From positions 608,001 through 672,000 of the forward strand of contig OZ242180.1 of the NCBI GenBank assembly GCA_965205485.1: a stretch of DNA of 64,000 nt. Direction: 5' to 3'. The notes beneath the pieces were generated by a model. That model had not been told where the DNA came from and searched no databases. It saw nothing but the letters and a program-made list of their open reading frames with translations. The position numbers and the translations under genes are program-made. This DNA comes from Candidatus Latescibacterota bacterium. GTDB taxonomy: Bacteria; Latescibacterota; UBA2968; GCA-2709665. Positions 19,043-29,063 of this stretch are shown here, in pieces (position 1 is the stretch's first letter; each line of letters opens with the position of its first letter).

Positions 19043-20326
19043 ATGCGAATCGTGCACGCCGATCTGGAAATACAGCGTCAACCCTTCGCGAGACCGTTCG
19101 CGTTCAAGGGCGCCGCCTTCCACGAAAAATGGAACCTGATCGTTCGCCTTGTAGAAGAAGACGGTACCGAAGCCGTGGGCGTGGGCGGCACGGCCGTGCT
19201 CTGGTCCGACGCCGACGTGTTTTCAAACCATACCGAAGTCGGCGGCAACATCCTCATGGCCGCGCTTCTGGAGTTCGCGCTTCAGCAGGCGGTGGGCCGG
19301 GAGTTCCCGGACCCGCCCTCCTTGTTGGAGGATCTCTTGCCGCCAGTGCACGAATATGGCGGAGAAGTTACCCGGAACCGCGGACTTCGACTCACGTTCA
19401 CGCTGATCGCGATGGTCGCCCTCGACAATGCCGCGTGGATGCTATATGCGAAGCGCAACGGAATCAGTACGTTCGATCAACTCATACCCGTTACCTGCCG
19501 ACCCTTTCTTTCGGACCGCCAGTCCCATATCGGCCTTGCCCCGGCCGTCGGCTACGGGATGCCCGTCGATGAACTGCAGGCCATCCTGGACACGGGCGTT
19601 TACATCCTGAAGATCAAGATCGGCCAACCCGGCGCCGAGGATGACATGGTCCGGAAGGACATCGAGTGGCTCGACCGCATCCATCGCGTTGCCGCGCGAT
19701 ACAATACGCCGATGTCGGATTCTGGAAAAGTCCTCTACTATCTCGATGCGAATGCCAGATACGCAAAAAAAGAAACCATGTGCCGTCTGCTGGACCACGC
19801 CATCAACACCGGTATACACGAGCACATCGTCCTCATCGAAGAGCCTTTTCGGGACCCCGATGAATTCGACGTGGGCGACCTGCCGGCCAGGTTCGCGGCC
19901 GACGAGAGCGTTCAGACGGTGGAGGACGTGGACACACGGGCCGGCCAGGGTTACGGGGCCATCGCCATCAAGCCTGCCGGCAAGACCCTCTCGCTCGCGT
20001 TCCGGATGGTGCGCGCCGCGGCGGAATCCCGCGTGCCGAGCTTCGTGGCGGATAACGGGTGCATTCCCCTCCTCGTCGAGTGGAACAAGAACGTCGCGGC
20101 CCGCCTGCCGGGATTCCCGGGAATCCGGGGTGGGCTGATCGAATCCAACGGTCCCGAGAACTACGGCAACTGGGCCGACATGCTTGCGGCGTACCCAATG
20201 CCCGACGCGCCCTGGCTCACGCCCCGATCGGGCGCATTCGTCCTGGACGAAGGCTACTACCGGAACAGCGGCGGCATATTCCTGGATCCCTTACCCTATT
20301 CGGCGATGTTCCGCACCAAAGCCTGA
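19043..20326 (+). CDS. Second enolase-superfamily enzyme (epimerase/dehydratase-like)
   Basis: LKIKIG, YLDAN, IEEP, ADES, IKP motifs. Confidence 0.8.
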   Translation: MRIVHADLEIQRQPFARPFAFKGAAFHEKWNLIVRLVEEDGTEAVGVGGTAVLWSDADVFSNHTEVGGNILMAALLEFALQQAVGREFPDPPSLLEDLLPPVHEYGGEVTRNRGLRLTFTLIAMVALDNAAWMLYAKRNGISTFDQLIPVTCRPFLSDRQSHIGLAPAVGYGMPVDELQAILDTGVYILKIKIGQPGAEDDMVRKDIEWLDRIHRVAARYNTPMSDSGKVLYYLDANARYAKKETMCRLLDHAINTGIHEHIVLIEEPFRDPDEFDVGDLPARFAADESVQTVEDVDTRAGQGYGAIAIKPAGKTLSLAFRMVRAAAESRVPSFVADNGCIPLLVEWNKNVAARLPGFPGIRGGLIESNGPENYGNWADMLAAYPMPDAPWLTPRSGAFVLDEGYYRNSGGIFLDPLPYSAMFRTKA

Positions 20327-20403
20327 TTCACTACGCCCTCTCAGACCCGAACGGCGCATGGTGACGGAATGCCCTGAGCGGTTCGGGATTTCCGGAGAAC
20401 GCC

Positions 20404-22041
20404 ATGCAATCGCCACATGGTATCGGCCACCACGCGTTTCGTCCATCCGTGATGGGAAAAAACGGGCTCGTCGCCTCCGGCCATCCCCTGGCATCCCAGG
20501 CAGGCATCACCACGCTGATGGCCGGCGGAAACGCCATCGACGCCGCGGTGGCGACGGCCGCGGCGCTGGGCGTGGTCGAGCCCGCGGCATCGGGCGTGGG
20601 CGGCGACGGCTTTCTGCTCATCTACCGGGCCGATACCGGCGCCGTTTCCGCCGTCAACGCCACCGGCGCGGCGCCTCAGGCGGCCACTCGGGAGTTCTAC
20701 CTGGATCGCGGCGGAATTCCCATGAGAGGTATTCTGAGCGTCTCTGTTCCCGGACTCGTGGACGGCTGGCTTATCGCCCACGAGCGCCACGGCCTCCTCG
20801 GACTCGACCGGGTCCTGGAGCCGGCCATCTCCCTTTGCGAAGAGGGGTTTCCCGTCAGCCACAAGCTGTCCGGCAGCCTCACCGGCTGGAGCGGGAACTT
20901 CGCATCCGACCCGTTCGCCCGGAATGTGTTTACGAAGAACGGCCTGCCCTTCGGACCCGGCGACGTCCTTCGCCAGAGCGACCTGGGCGCCACGCTGCGA
21001 CGGGTCGCCGCGGAAGGCCGGGCGGCCCTGTACGAGGGCGACGTTGCGGAGGCCATCGTTGCATTCAGCCGTTCCAGGGGCGGCCTGCTGACCATGGAAG
21101 ACCTGACGAACCACCATGCCCACTGGGCAGACCCGATTCACACTTCGTACAGGGGCCACGCGGTGTATGAAACGCCGCCCAATTCCAGCGGCCACATCCT
21201 GCTTCAGGAGCTCAACATCGTCGAGCGCTTCGACCTGCAATCCCTTGGCTGTAACACGGCCGAATGCATCCATCTGATGGTGGAAGCCAAAAAGCTCGCG
21301 TTTTCCGACAGGGAAGCCTTTGTCGCCGATCCGGACTGGCTGGATATCCCGCTCAGGGGCCTTCTCTCCAAGTCATACGCCGAACAGCAGGCGCGGCGCA
21401 TCCGCCCCGATCGCGCGTCAACTGACGTGCCGGCCGGGCGTCCCGAGTCCCACGAGGACACCACGTGCTTCTGTACGGCGGACCGGTGGGGAAATGCCGT
21501 CTGCGTACTGCAGTCCATCCAGTCCGGGTTTGGCGCCGGCCTGATTGCGGGAAATACCGGTATCCTTCTCAACAACCGGATGACGTACTGGCATCTGGAG
21601 GAGGACCACCCCAACTGCCTCATGCCCGGGAAACGGGTGCGCCACACCATGAACCCGGTCATCGTCACCCGGGACAACAAGGCCGTACTCGTCTGCGGTA
21701 CGCCGGGTGCGGATACCCAGGTACAGACCAATCTTCAGCTCATCACCCATATTCTGGATTTCGGGATGTCCCCGCAGGAAGCGGTGGAGGCCCCCCGCTG
21801 GCGCAGTCTGCAGAACCCGATGGAATCCACCGTACCGCATGCGTGCGAAGACATGCTTCAGCTCGAGGGCAGGTTTTCCGAAGAGGTACGTGAAGGCCTC
21901 GCCCGGCGCGGCCACGACCTCCGGATCCTGGGCGACTGGGACGGTCCCGGGAGCGCCCAGGCGATCGCCATTCATCCGGAATCCAACACGCTCATCGGCG
22001 GGTCGGACCCGCGCCGGGACGGCTATGCCGCAGCCTGGTGA
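20404..22041 (+). CDS. ggt: Gamma-glutamyltransferase family protein
   Basis: GGNAIDAA, TPPNSSG, nucleophile DTT, LLNNRM, SDPRRDG. Confidence 0.92.
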   Translation: MQSPHGIGHHAFRPSVMGKNGLVASGHPLASQAGITTLMAGGNAIDAAVATAAALGVVEPAASGVGGDGFLLIYRADTGAVSAVNATGAAPQAATREFYLDRGGIPMRGILSVSVPGLVDGWLIAHERHGLLGLDRVLEPAISLCEEGFPVSHKLSGSLTGWSGNFASDPFARNVFTKNGLPFGPGDVLRQSDLGATLRRVAAEGRAALYEGDVAEAIVAFSRSRGGLLTMEDLTNHHAHWADPIHTSYRGHAVYETPPNSSGHILLQELNIVERFDLQSLGCNTAECIHLMVEAKKLAFSDREAFVADPDWLDIPLRGLLSKSYAEQQARRIRPDRASTDVPAGRPESHEDTTCFCTADRWGNAVCVLQSIQSGFGAGLIAGNTGILLNNRMTYWHLEEDHPNCLMPGKRVRHTMNPVIVTRDNKAVLVCGTPGADTQVQTNLQLITHILDFGMSPQEAVEAPRWRSLQNPMESTVPHACEDMLQLEGRFSEEVREGLARRGHDLRILGDWDGPGSAQAIAIHPESNTLIGGSDPRRDGYAAAW

Positions 22042-22069
22042 GATCAGGGAGAGACAAGAGGAACACCCC

Positions 22070-22879
22070 ATGGCACGCCACGAAGATTACCTGCGCGACG
22101 GCTACGTTATCCATCCGCAATCCTTGATTCCCGCAGAACTCGTGCAACGCTGCATGGTTGGCATGGATGACGTGCTGGCCGGGCGATACGAGACCGGCAT
22201 TCCCCCGCAGCCCTCTTATTGGAACCCCGGCGACGACCCGAACAAGCTGGGCAAGGTCGAAATGCCCCAGCTTGCCAATAGCGCCATTATGGAGCTTGTC
22301 AGCCATCCCGCTATCGGACGGCTTGCAGCGGAAGTCACCGGCGCGAGGAGGGTACAGGTCTGGTGGGTCCAGCTCCTTTCCAAGCCGCCCGTAAGAACGG
22401 AATCCGGGACCGGCGTCAGCGTCGGATGGCACCAGGACCGGCAGTATTGGAAGACCTGGAAGGAGGGCAGCGAGCTGTTCACCGCGTGGGTCGCCGTGTC
22501 CGACGTGAGCGCTGACACCGGCCCCATGGCCTTCGTGAAGGGTTCGCACAGATGGGGACTGCTCAACCAGGGCGATTTTTACTTCGACGACATCGAGATT
22601 CAGCGAGAGCAGATCACCCTGCCTCCAGGCGAAACGTGGCGTGAAGAGGAAGCGATCCTTCCGCCGGGGGGCGCCTCGTTCCACCACTGTCTCACCTTCC
22701 ACGGAAGCCGCCCCAACCGCTCCGGCACGCCCCGGCGGAGTTTCGCCATCCATATGCGCACGGAAAACTCGTGCCCCGTCGCCCCGTCGGAAGGCACCCT
22801 CGCACAGTTCATTCACAGGCAGGACCACTGCCCGGTCGTGTACGACGCCGATAGACCCGATTTGCCTCCGCTCGGCTGA
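22070..22879 (+). CDS. Phytanoyl-CoA dioxygenase (PhyH) family Fe/2OG dioxygenase
   Basis: WHQD and FHGSRPNRS...RRS motifs; GAGGA RBS. Confidence 0.9.
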   Translation: MARHEDYLRDGYVIHPQSLIPAELVQRCMVGMDDVLAGRYETGIPPQPSYWNPGDDPNKLGKVEMPQLANSAIMELVSHPAIGRLAAEVTGARRVQVWWVQLLSKPPVRTESGTGVSVGWHQDRQYWKTWKEGSELFTAWVAVSDVSADTGPMAFVKGSHRWGLLNQGDFYFDDIEIQREQITLPPGETWREEEAILPPGGASFHHCLTFHGSRPNRSGTPRRSFAIHMRTENSCPVAPSEGTLAQFIHRQDHCPVVYDADRPDLPPLG

Positions 22880-22910
22880 CGCGCCGTTGCGCCATCCCCC
22901 GATGCAAATG

Positions 22911-22952
22911 AAAAAAACGCAACGGCAATACATCCTGCCGTTGCGTTTTTTT
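22911..22952. terminator. Bidirectional intrinsic terminator
   Basis: AAAAAAACGCAACGGCA-8 nt-TGCCGTTGCGTTTTTTT, perfect 17-bp inverted repeat between convergent genes. Confidence 0.9.
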
Positions 22953-23005
22953 GGTTCCGTGAGAACCGACGCGGCGGTCCGGCCCGCGCCAGTCTCATTC
23001 CCGTT

Positions 23006-23173
23006 CTCGTGTTCTGTCCCGGAAATAAGTTGCCTGAATTCGACCGCTGAGTCGCCCGACTCGCAAGGCGCCCGAGCGCAGGCGACCTGTGTAAGGTCGG
23101 CGAGCGAGGGGAACGTAGCGAGACGGGATGAATCGGCGGTCGAATGGTGAGGAATTTTCGGGACAGGACACTA
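23006..23173 (-). mobile_element. MITE family A, copy 1
   Basis: Termini GTGTTCTGTCCCGGAAAT...ATTTTCGGGACAGGACAC; inverted copy at 26453-26621; non-coding. Confidence 0.85.
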
Positions 23174-25822
23174 ATAATGGAAGCTGTATTTCGCGTACCA
23201 GAACGCGCCGCCGAATCCGAACGGGCTGAACTGGCTGTACCTGTTGCCCGTCCTGTCCCTGGCCTTCTCGTGTTCGTCGGGATAGGTATTGAAGATGTTC
23301 TGCGCGCCGATCGCAATCTTCGACCTGTAGTCGTCAAACGAGACGCTGGTCTCGGCGTCGATCAGGACCTTGCCGCTGTAGACCTGATCGTCTTCGGAGT
23401 CGTACCACTCGCCGAAATAGCTGATGCGGCCCAGCACGTCCCATCGGCTCGTGAGCGTCTGGGTGATGGTCAGGTTCCCGCGCTGTTTGGGAAGATTCTC
23501 CTCCAGTTCCCTCAGCCGCAGATCGTCCAGGATTTCCGGATTGTGTTCCGTAACCTTCGTACCCGTGTAGTTGTACGCGATGTTCATCACGCCCAGACCC
23601 ACCGGCGCCGAAATCACAACGTCGATCCCCTGGGTCTTGGAGTTGAAGTCGTTGGTGAAGAAGCGGAATTCCTGCAGGCCGGCCGCGCTGGTGAGGCCCT
23701 CCCTGATGAGTTGCTCCCTCTCAGGATCGGTAAGCGCAAAGTCCTGCGAAACCGTCAGGCGGTCGTTCACCCTGATGTCGAAGTAATCGACCGTCATGCT
23801 TGCACTGCCCAAATCCAGGACGACACCCAGCGAGAGGTTCTTGGACTTCTCCGGCACCAGAGGCTTGGCCCCTTTCAACGCGGCCGCCCGGCTGGTGGAG
23901 GGGACAGTTCCGTTGTTCACCAGGTCGTTCTTCTCGAAGTTGAACTCGGTGGTGATGTTGAAGGCGCTCTGCTGGCCCGGCGTGGGCGCCCTGAAGCCGG
24001 TGCTGTAACTGCCGCGCACCCTGGCGTCCTCGGTTAAACCAATGTTGAAAGCAGCCTTGTAGTTGCTGGAATTGTACGTCTCGGATGTCAGCGGCGGCGT
24101 ATTCGACAACGTCTTCAATTCGTCGAAACGCTCCTGGCGCAAAGCAAGGGAAAATGACGCCCGGTCCGAGGGCTGAATGTCCCCTTCCGCGTAAACCGCT
24201 ATGTTCGGTCTCGACCACCTGCCGGCGGCCACTTTGCTGAAGCCGGAAAAGCCGTTCGTCGCCGGCTGAAATCCCTGGCTGGCCAGCGGCTGGCCGATAA
24301 TATAGGACTCGATCTGGCCCTCGACGATCTCAAACGTTTCTTTCCGGTATTCCAGACCCGCCGCAAGGAAGACCTGCGGGTTCACAGGATAGGTCACGCC
24401 CAGGTCCACGGTGACGTCCGACTGGACGTAGGAACCCGGATCGAAATACGTGGGCGTTGCGGGACCCATGGATGCGTTCACGGTATTGAAGATGAAGTAG
24501 TCCGCCTCGTGACGCCCGTAAGACATGCTCAGGTCCCACGATCCTAGCGCCTGCGCCCCGATTCCGGTGCCCTTGATGCCCATAAGAATCGATTCATCGG
24601 TTGTAAACGCGCCGAATCGCGGCGTGAATCCCCCGGGAAACATCTTCAGGAAGGAGAAGCAATTGGGATCGTCGCGAACCTGGAGCCATGCGTTCTGTTC
24701 GGGTCTGTTGTCAATGATGGGGACCGGCGCGCATTCGCTGCCCTGACCCACGCCGTCGAGATCGCCGACCAGCAGGGATGGCGTTTCGGCCTCGCCGTCC
24801 CCGTCCAGGTCGATCAGCGGCCCCTTGAACACGCCGCTGCGGGTATGCGGATTCCGGAAATAGAACCCGCCCTCCGTCTCCTTGTCGGCATAGTTCGCGT
24901 GACCGTAGAAATCGACGCTTTCGCCCAGGGTGGCGCCGTAGTTGGCGAAGATCTTCAGGTCATCCCGAACGAATGGCTGACCCCAGATCTGGGCGGGATT
25001 CGCCACCTCTGTGTTGCCCGCCGAAATCAGCCCCGCGGCGTCATTGCGCTGCACGGAACGGATCGTTTCACCGGTATTGCCATATTCCAGGCTGAGGTTG
25101 GCCCAGGTGTTTTCATTGCCCAGACCGATGTTGAACGCGGCCGTGAACATCTCGCCGTCGCCCAGGAACTTCCCTTCTCCATCCTGAAAGCTCCCCACTT
25201 TCACGTCCGCGGCCATTCCCTCGTGGCTGTCTTTCAGGCGGAAGTCCAGCACGCCCGCGATCGCATCGGATCCGTATTGCGCCGAGGCGCCGTCGCGCAG
25301 GACCTCCACGCGTTTCAGGGCGATGGCGGGGATGGCGGTGAGGTCGGGGCCCTGCGCGCCGTCCGCGACGCCGTTGCCCAGCCAGTGGATCACGGCCGCC
25401 CGGTGCCGGCGCTTGCCGTTGACGAGCACCAGCGCGTGGTCGGGCGCCAGGCCTCGCAGGTTCGGCGGACGGACCACCGTTCCGGCGTCGCTGATGGGCT
25501 GCGTGTTGACGTTGTAGGAGGGAATCACGTTTCTCAACAGGTCGGTCATGTCCGTGCCGCCCTGCTTGACGAAATCCTCGCTGGTGACCACGTCGATGGG
25601 CACGACCGATTTCGTCGCCGAGCGCGGTCTGCGAGACCCGATCACGACCAGCTCTTCCAGTTCGACGATCTCATCGAGGATGATTTCCGAGGAATCGGAA
25701 TCGGCCGTCCCCTCGGTTTCCTGCGACTCCGAGACACCGGTCGTCAAATGAAGGATGGATATTGCAAACACGACGGGCCACATAACGAACTTCGTCATTT
25801 TGAAACTGAAACTGGATTTCAT
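23171..25822 (-). CDS. TonB-dependent receptor
   Basis: Signal peptide, LEELVVIGSR TonB-box region, plug motifs LVLVNGKRRH and RVEVLRDGASAQYGSDAIAGV, terminal aromatic YSFHY. Confidence 0.95.
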   Translation of the reverse strand: MKSSFSFKMTKFVMWPVVFAISILHLTTGVSESQETEGTADSDSSEIILDEIVELEELVVIGSRRPRSATKSVVPIDVVTSEDFVKQGGTDMTDLLRNVIPSYNVNTQPISDAGTVVRPPNLRGLAPDHALVLVNGKRRHRAAVIHWLGNGVADGAQGPDLTAIPAIALKRVEVLRDGASAQYGSDAIAGVLDFRLKDSHEGMAADVKVGSFQDGEGKFLGDGEMFTAAFNIGLGNENTWANLSLEYGNTGETIRSVQRNDAAGLISAGNTEVANPAQIWGQPFVRDDLKIFANYGATLGESVDFYGHANYADKETEGGFYFRNPHTRSGVFKGPLIDLDGDGEAETPSLLVGDLDGVGQGSECAPVPIIDNRPEQNAWLQVRDDPNCFSFLKMFPGGFTPRFGAFTTDESILMGIKGTGIGAQALGSWDLSMSYGRHEADYFIFNTVNASMGPATPTYFDPGSYVQSDVTVDLGVTYPVNPQVFLAAGLEYRKETFEIVEGQIESYIIGQPLASQGFQPATNGFSGFSKVAAGRWSRPNIAVYAEGDIQPSDRASFSLALRQERFDELKTLSNTPPLTSETYNSSNYKAAFNIGLTEDARVRGSYSTGFRAPTPGQQSAFNITTEFNFEKNDLVNNGTVPSTSRAAALKGAKPLVPEKSKNLSLGVVLDLGSASMTVDYFDIRVNDRLTVSQDFALTDPEREQLIREGLTSAAGLQEFRFFTNDFNSKTQGIDVVISAPVGLGVMNIAYNYTGTKVTEHNPEILDDLRLRELEENLPKQRGNLTITQTLTSRWDVLGRISYFGEWYDSEDDQVYSGKVLIDAETSVSFDDYRSKIAIGAQNIFNTYPDEHEKARDRTGNRYSQFSPFGFGGAFWYAKYSFHY

Positions 25823-26414
25823 AGCGCAATTCCTTATGTTTCGGGTTTCGCGAATCGGGCTGATGATGGGTTTGATTTGCCGTGAATGCTGCCGCCGGCA
25901 GCGGCATCGTTTGCGGTGAATTGGCTAATGACGACCCAAATGGACTCAAACCTGGAGTTGTCCGTCACGACCCGGACCGTGTGACTACCGGATCCCGGTC
26001 GTTATCGCGACAGAAGTGCGTACAAACGACTCCTCCCTCATCACCATAGGCAGTTTCTCCTATTGCGGTGTGACAGGATGTCATCGAGTGTCTCTTGACC
26101 GCAAAGAGATTCCAGGGGAGGTGGTACCTGGCGCGTTTCGGAAATGAGAGCCCTCGGGGAAAACCGCGCCGAGTAGGCCGAAATACTGCAATTCTGTTAC
26201 TAATATAGTAAAATCGCCGCAAATGGCAATGAAGGAGCGAAAAAATTTCCGGTATTTTGCGCAATTCAAGGCCGAATTGCGGCTGGCGATGACCGGCCCG
26301 CGGTCCCACGGGCGCGAGTGATCCGCCGGATATTCGAATCAAGCCGTCGCCTGTCCGATAGTCCGGCTTGTTTCCGGTTGTCACCGGGGCGGTTGTACCA
26401 ACAGTCGTCGCTTC

Positions 26415-26443
26415 TTGACTTGCAAAGCCGAAAGAAATATACT
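26415..26443 (+). promoter_or_regulatory. sigma70 promoter of the dehydrogenase/uronate isomerase operon
   Basis: TTGACT 26415-26420, 17 nt, TATACT 26438-26443. Confidence 0.75.
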
Positions 26444-26452
26444 ACTGCTCTG

Positions 26453-26621
26453 TAGTGTCCTGTTCCAAAAATTCCTCACCATTCGACCGACGATTCATCC
26501 CGTCTCGCTACGTTCCCCTCGCTCGCCGACCATACGCAGGTCGGCTTGCGCTCCGGCGCCTTGCGAGCCGGGCGACTCGGCGGTCGAATTTAGGCAACTT
26601 ATTTTCGGGACAGAACACCAG
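26453..26621 (+). mobile_element. MITE family A, copy 2
   Basis: TA-GTGTCCTGTTCCAAAAAT...ATTTTCGGGACAGAACAC; reverse complement of 23006-23173. Confidence 0.85.
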
Positions 26622-26731
26622 GACCGCGGAGTCGTGCTTCCGGTGCGGCCGGGAGGCGATTCCATTCGCAAACCTGAACGCGACGCCGCCCAATCGTCGT
26701 CCTTTCGTTTTGCGCTCCATGAGGGATTGCA

Positions 26732-27700
26732 ATGTCAACCGTTAAAGTCGTCATGATGGCCGGCCCCTGGACCGAATGGCAGGAACAGCTCGAATCCGTT
26801 TCGCCGCGCGTGAAGGCGGTTGCCGCGCATACCGACGAGGATCTGCTGCGGGAAATCCGGGAAGCGGAAGTCGTGTACGGTCGGCTGCCGCGAGCGCCTT
26901 TTCTCGAGGCCGGAAAACTTCGATGGGTCCAGAGTATCGGCGTGGGATTCGAAACCATGCTCTATCCGGAAATGATAGAGAGCGACGTGGTCATCACCAA
27001 TACCGCGGGCGCATTCGACGCCGCGATGGCGGAACAGGCCCTTGCATTCATGCTCGCCCACGCGCGCGGGCTCATGCGCTACGAACGCGACAGGAAGGAC
27101 CGCATCTGGGACCGGCATACGGACACGGTCTTCCAGATCCACGGGAAAACGGCATGCGTACTCGGCCTGGGTTCCATCGGACGCAGCATCGCGGCCCGGC
27201 TCAACGCCCTCGGACTCGCGGTGACCGCTGTAGACGCCCAGGTCACGACGCCGCCCACGGGCGTTGAACGCCTGTACAGGGCCGATGAACTACTGCATGC
27301 CATCGCCGATGCGGACTACGTCGTTGTGGCGCTTCCGCAGACCGAAAATACCACAGGCCTTATCGACGAGACCTGTTTCAGCCGGATGAAGGAATCCGCC
27401 TTTCTGGTGAATATCGCGCGCGGACCCATCGTCAACGAAGCCGACCTGGTCCGCGCCCTCCAGGAGAAACGAATCGCCGGAGCGGGCCTGGACGTTTTCG
27501 AAGAGGAACCGCTGCCGGATTCCAGCCCGCTATGGGACATGCCCAACGTGTTGTTCGCTCCCCACTCCGCCGGCTACTCCCCCGAGGGTCGCGGAAATAT
27601 CCTTCGCATCTTCAAGGAGAACCTTCGGCGCTACCTGGCTGAAGAACCCCTCATGAACGTGGTGGACAAGCACAAGGGATATCTCATACAAACATCCTGA
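26732..27700 (+). CDS. D-2-hydroxyacid dehydrogenase
   Basis: GLGSIG, NIARG, LDVFEEEPL, PHSAG. Confidence 0.93.
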   Translation: MSTVKVVMMAGPWTEWQEQLESVSPRVKAVAAHTDEDLLREIREAEVVYGRLPRAPFLEAGKLRWVQSIGVGFETMLYPEMIESDVVITNTAGAFDAAMAEQALAFMLAHARGLMRYERDRKDRIWDRHTDTVFQIHGKTACVLGLGSIGRSIAARLNALGLAVTAVDAQVTTPPTGVERLYRADELLHAIADADYVVVALPQTENTTGLIDETCFSRMKESAFLVNIARGPIVNEADLVRALQEKRIAGAGLDVFEEEPLPDSSPLWDMPNVLFAPHSAGYSPEGRGNILRIFKENLRRYLAEEPLMNVVDKHKGYLIQTS

Positions 27701-27794
27701 AAGCCGGTTCCGGAAAGCCATTCCATTCGGCAATGTGCGACCGCCCTGGCTCTTGCATGACCAGGGTTTCGGCCACTCCAATTGAGGAAGCCTG

Positions 27795-29063
27795 ATGTCA
27801 TCCCCTGCCGCCTTCTCCGTGGGCGAAGCGGTCGCCCGCGCTTTCGAAGATCAGCCGATCGTCGATATCCATACCCACCTCTATCCGACTCAAATGGGTC
27901 CGCTCTGTCTGATGGGGCCGGACGAACTGCTTACCTACCACTACCTCAAGGTCGAAACCTGCCGCCAGCTTTCATCCGGGACCTCCGTCGCACAGTTCAA
28001 TGCGCTGTCGAAACCCCGCCAGGCCGACGTCGTCTGGCGCACCCTCTTCGCGGGGACCGGCAGCCCGCTCTCCGAAGCCCAACTCGGCGTGGTGACCGTC
28101 ATGTCGACGCTGGGCCTGAACCCCCGGTCGGACAACCTGGCCGAATTCCGCGCATTGTTTTCGGAGACAAACCCGGAAGACTACGTCGATCTTGTCTTCC
28201 GCAAGTCCGGCGTCTCCCGCGTCTATATGACCAACGACCCGCTGGACGACCTGGAGGGTCCGGCCTGGATCGCAGGATTCGAGCGGGACCCCCGTTTTGA
28301 AGCCGCCCTCCGGCTGGACAGCGCCCTGGCCAGGTGGCCCTCGCCAGTGGCGAAATTAAAGGCGTTGGGTTACAAAGTGGAAGACGATCTCTCGGCCCGG
28401 ACAGTTGAGGGACTTCGGCGTTACCTCGCCGACTGGATCGAGAGAATGGATGCCCGCTACCTTGCCATCTCGCTCCCGCCAGACTTCGCCTATCCTTCTG
28501 AATCCGCTGTTTCGAAACTTCTGGACGTCGCAGTCTTCCCCACGGCCCGTGAACGTGGAATTCCGGCAGCCATGATGGTCGGCGTCAGACGCGGAGTCAA
28601 CCCCCTGTTGCGGGACGGTGGCGACGGCATGGGGAAATGGAACGTCGCCTTTCTCGAGAACATCGCCCGGGAATGGCCCGATGTGAACTTCATCGTCACG
28701 CTGCTTTCCCGCGAGAACCAGCATGAACTCTGCGTGGCCGCCAGGAAATTCCCCAATATCACGCCTTTCGGCTGCTGGTGGTTCCTGAACAACCCCAGCA
28801 TCATCCGGGAAATCACTGCGGAACGCCTTGAATTGCTCGGATCCGGATTCGTGCCCCAACACTCCGACGCCCGGGTGCTGGACCATTTGCTCTACAAATG
28901 GACCCATTCCATCAGAGCCATCGCCCCGGTATTCGTCCGCAAGTACGAAGCGCTCAGGAACACGGGCTGGCCGCTGACCGAACAGGATATCCAAAACGAC
29001 ATCGCCCGGATGTTCGGCGGCGGCTCGCTCTTTGCACAGGAACCGGAAGGAGAGTCGGATTGA
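27795..29063 (+). CDS. uxaC: Uronate (glucuronate) isomerase, divergent amidohydrolase type
   Basis: DIHTH, LLTYHYL, MTNDP, GCWWFLNNP, PQHSDARVL. Confidence 0.85.
   Translation: MSSPAAFSVGEAVARAFEDQPIVDIHTHLYPTQMGPLCLMGPDELLTYHYLKVETCRQLSSGTSVAQFNALSKPRQADVVWRTLFAGTGSPLSEAQLGVVTVMSTLGLNPRSDNLAEFRALFSETNPEDYVDLVFRKSGVSRVYMTNDPLDDLEGPAWIAGFERDPRFEAALRLDSALARWPSPVAKLKALGYKVEDDLSARTVEGLRRYLADWIERMDARYLAISLPPDFAYPSESAVSKLLDVAVFPTARERGIPAAMMVGVRRGVNPLLRDGGDGMGKWNVAFLENIAREWPDVNFIVTLLSRENQHELCVAARKFPNITPFGCWWFLNNPSIIREITAERLELLGSGFVPQHSDARVLDHLLYKWTHSIRAIAPVFVRKYEALRNTGWPLTEQDIQNDIARMFGGGSLFAQEPEGESD

Noticed and set aside
25823..26450. Cobalamin/TPP riboswitch or PHO box upstream of the TonB receptor
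   Set aside because: No B12 box or TPP core recognised, and no 11-bp-periodic CTGTCAT repeats
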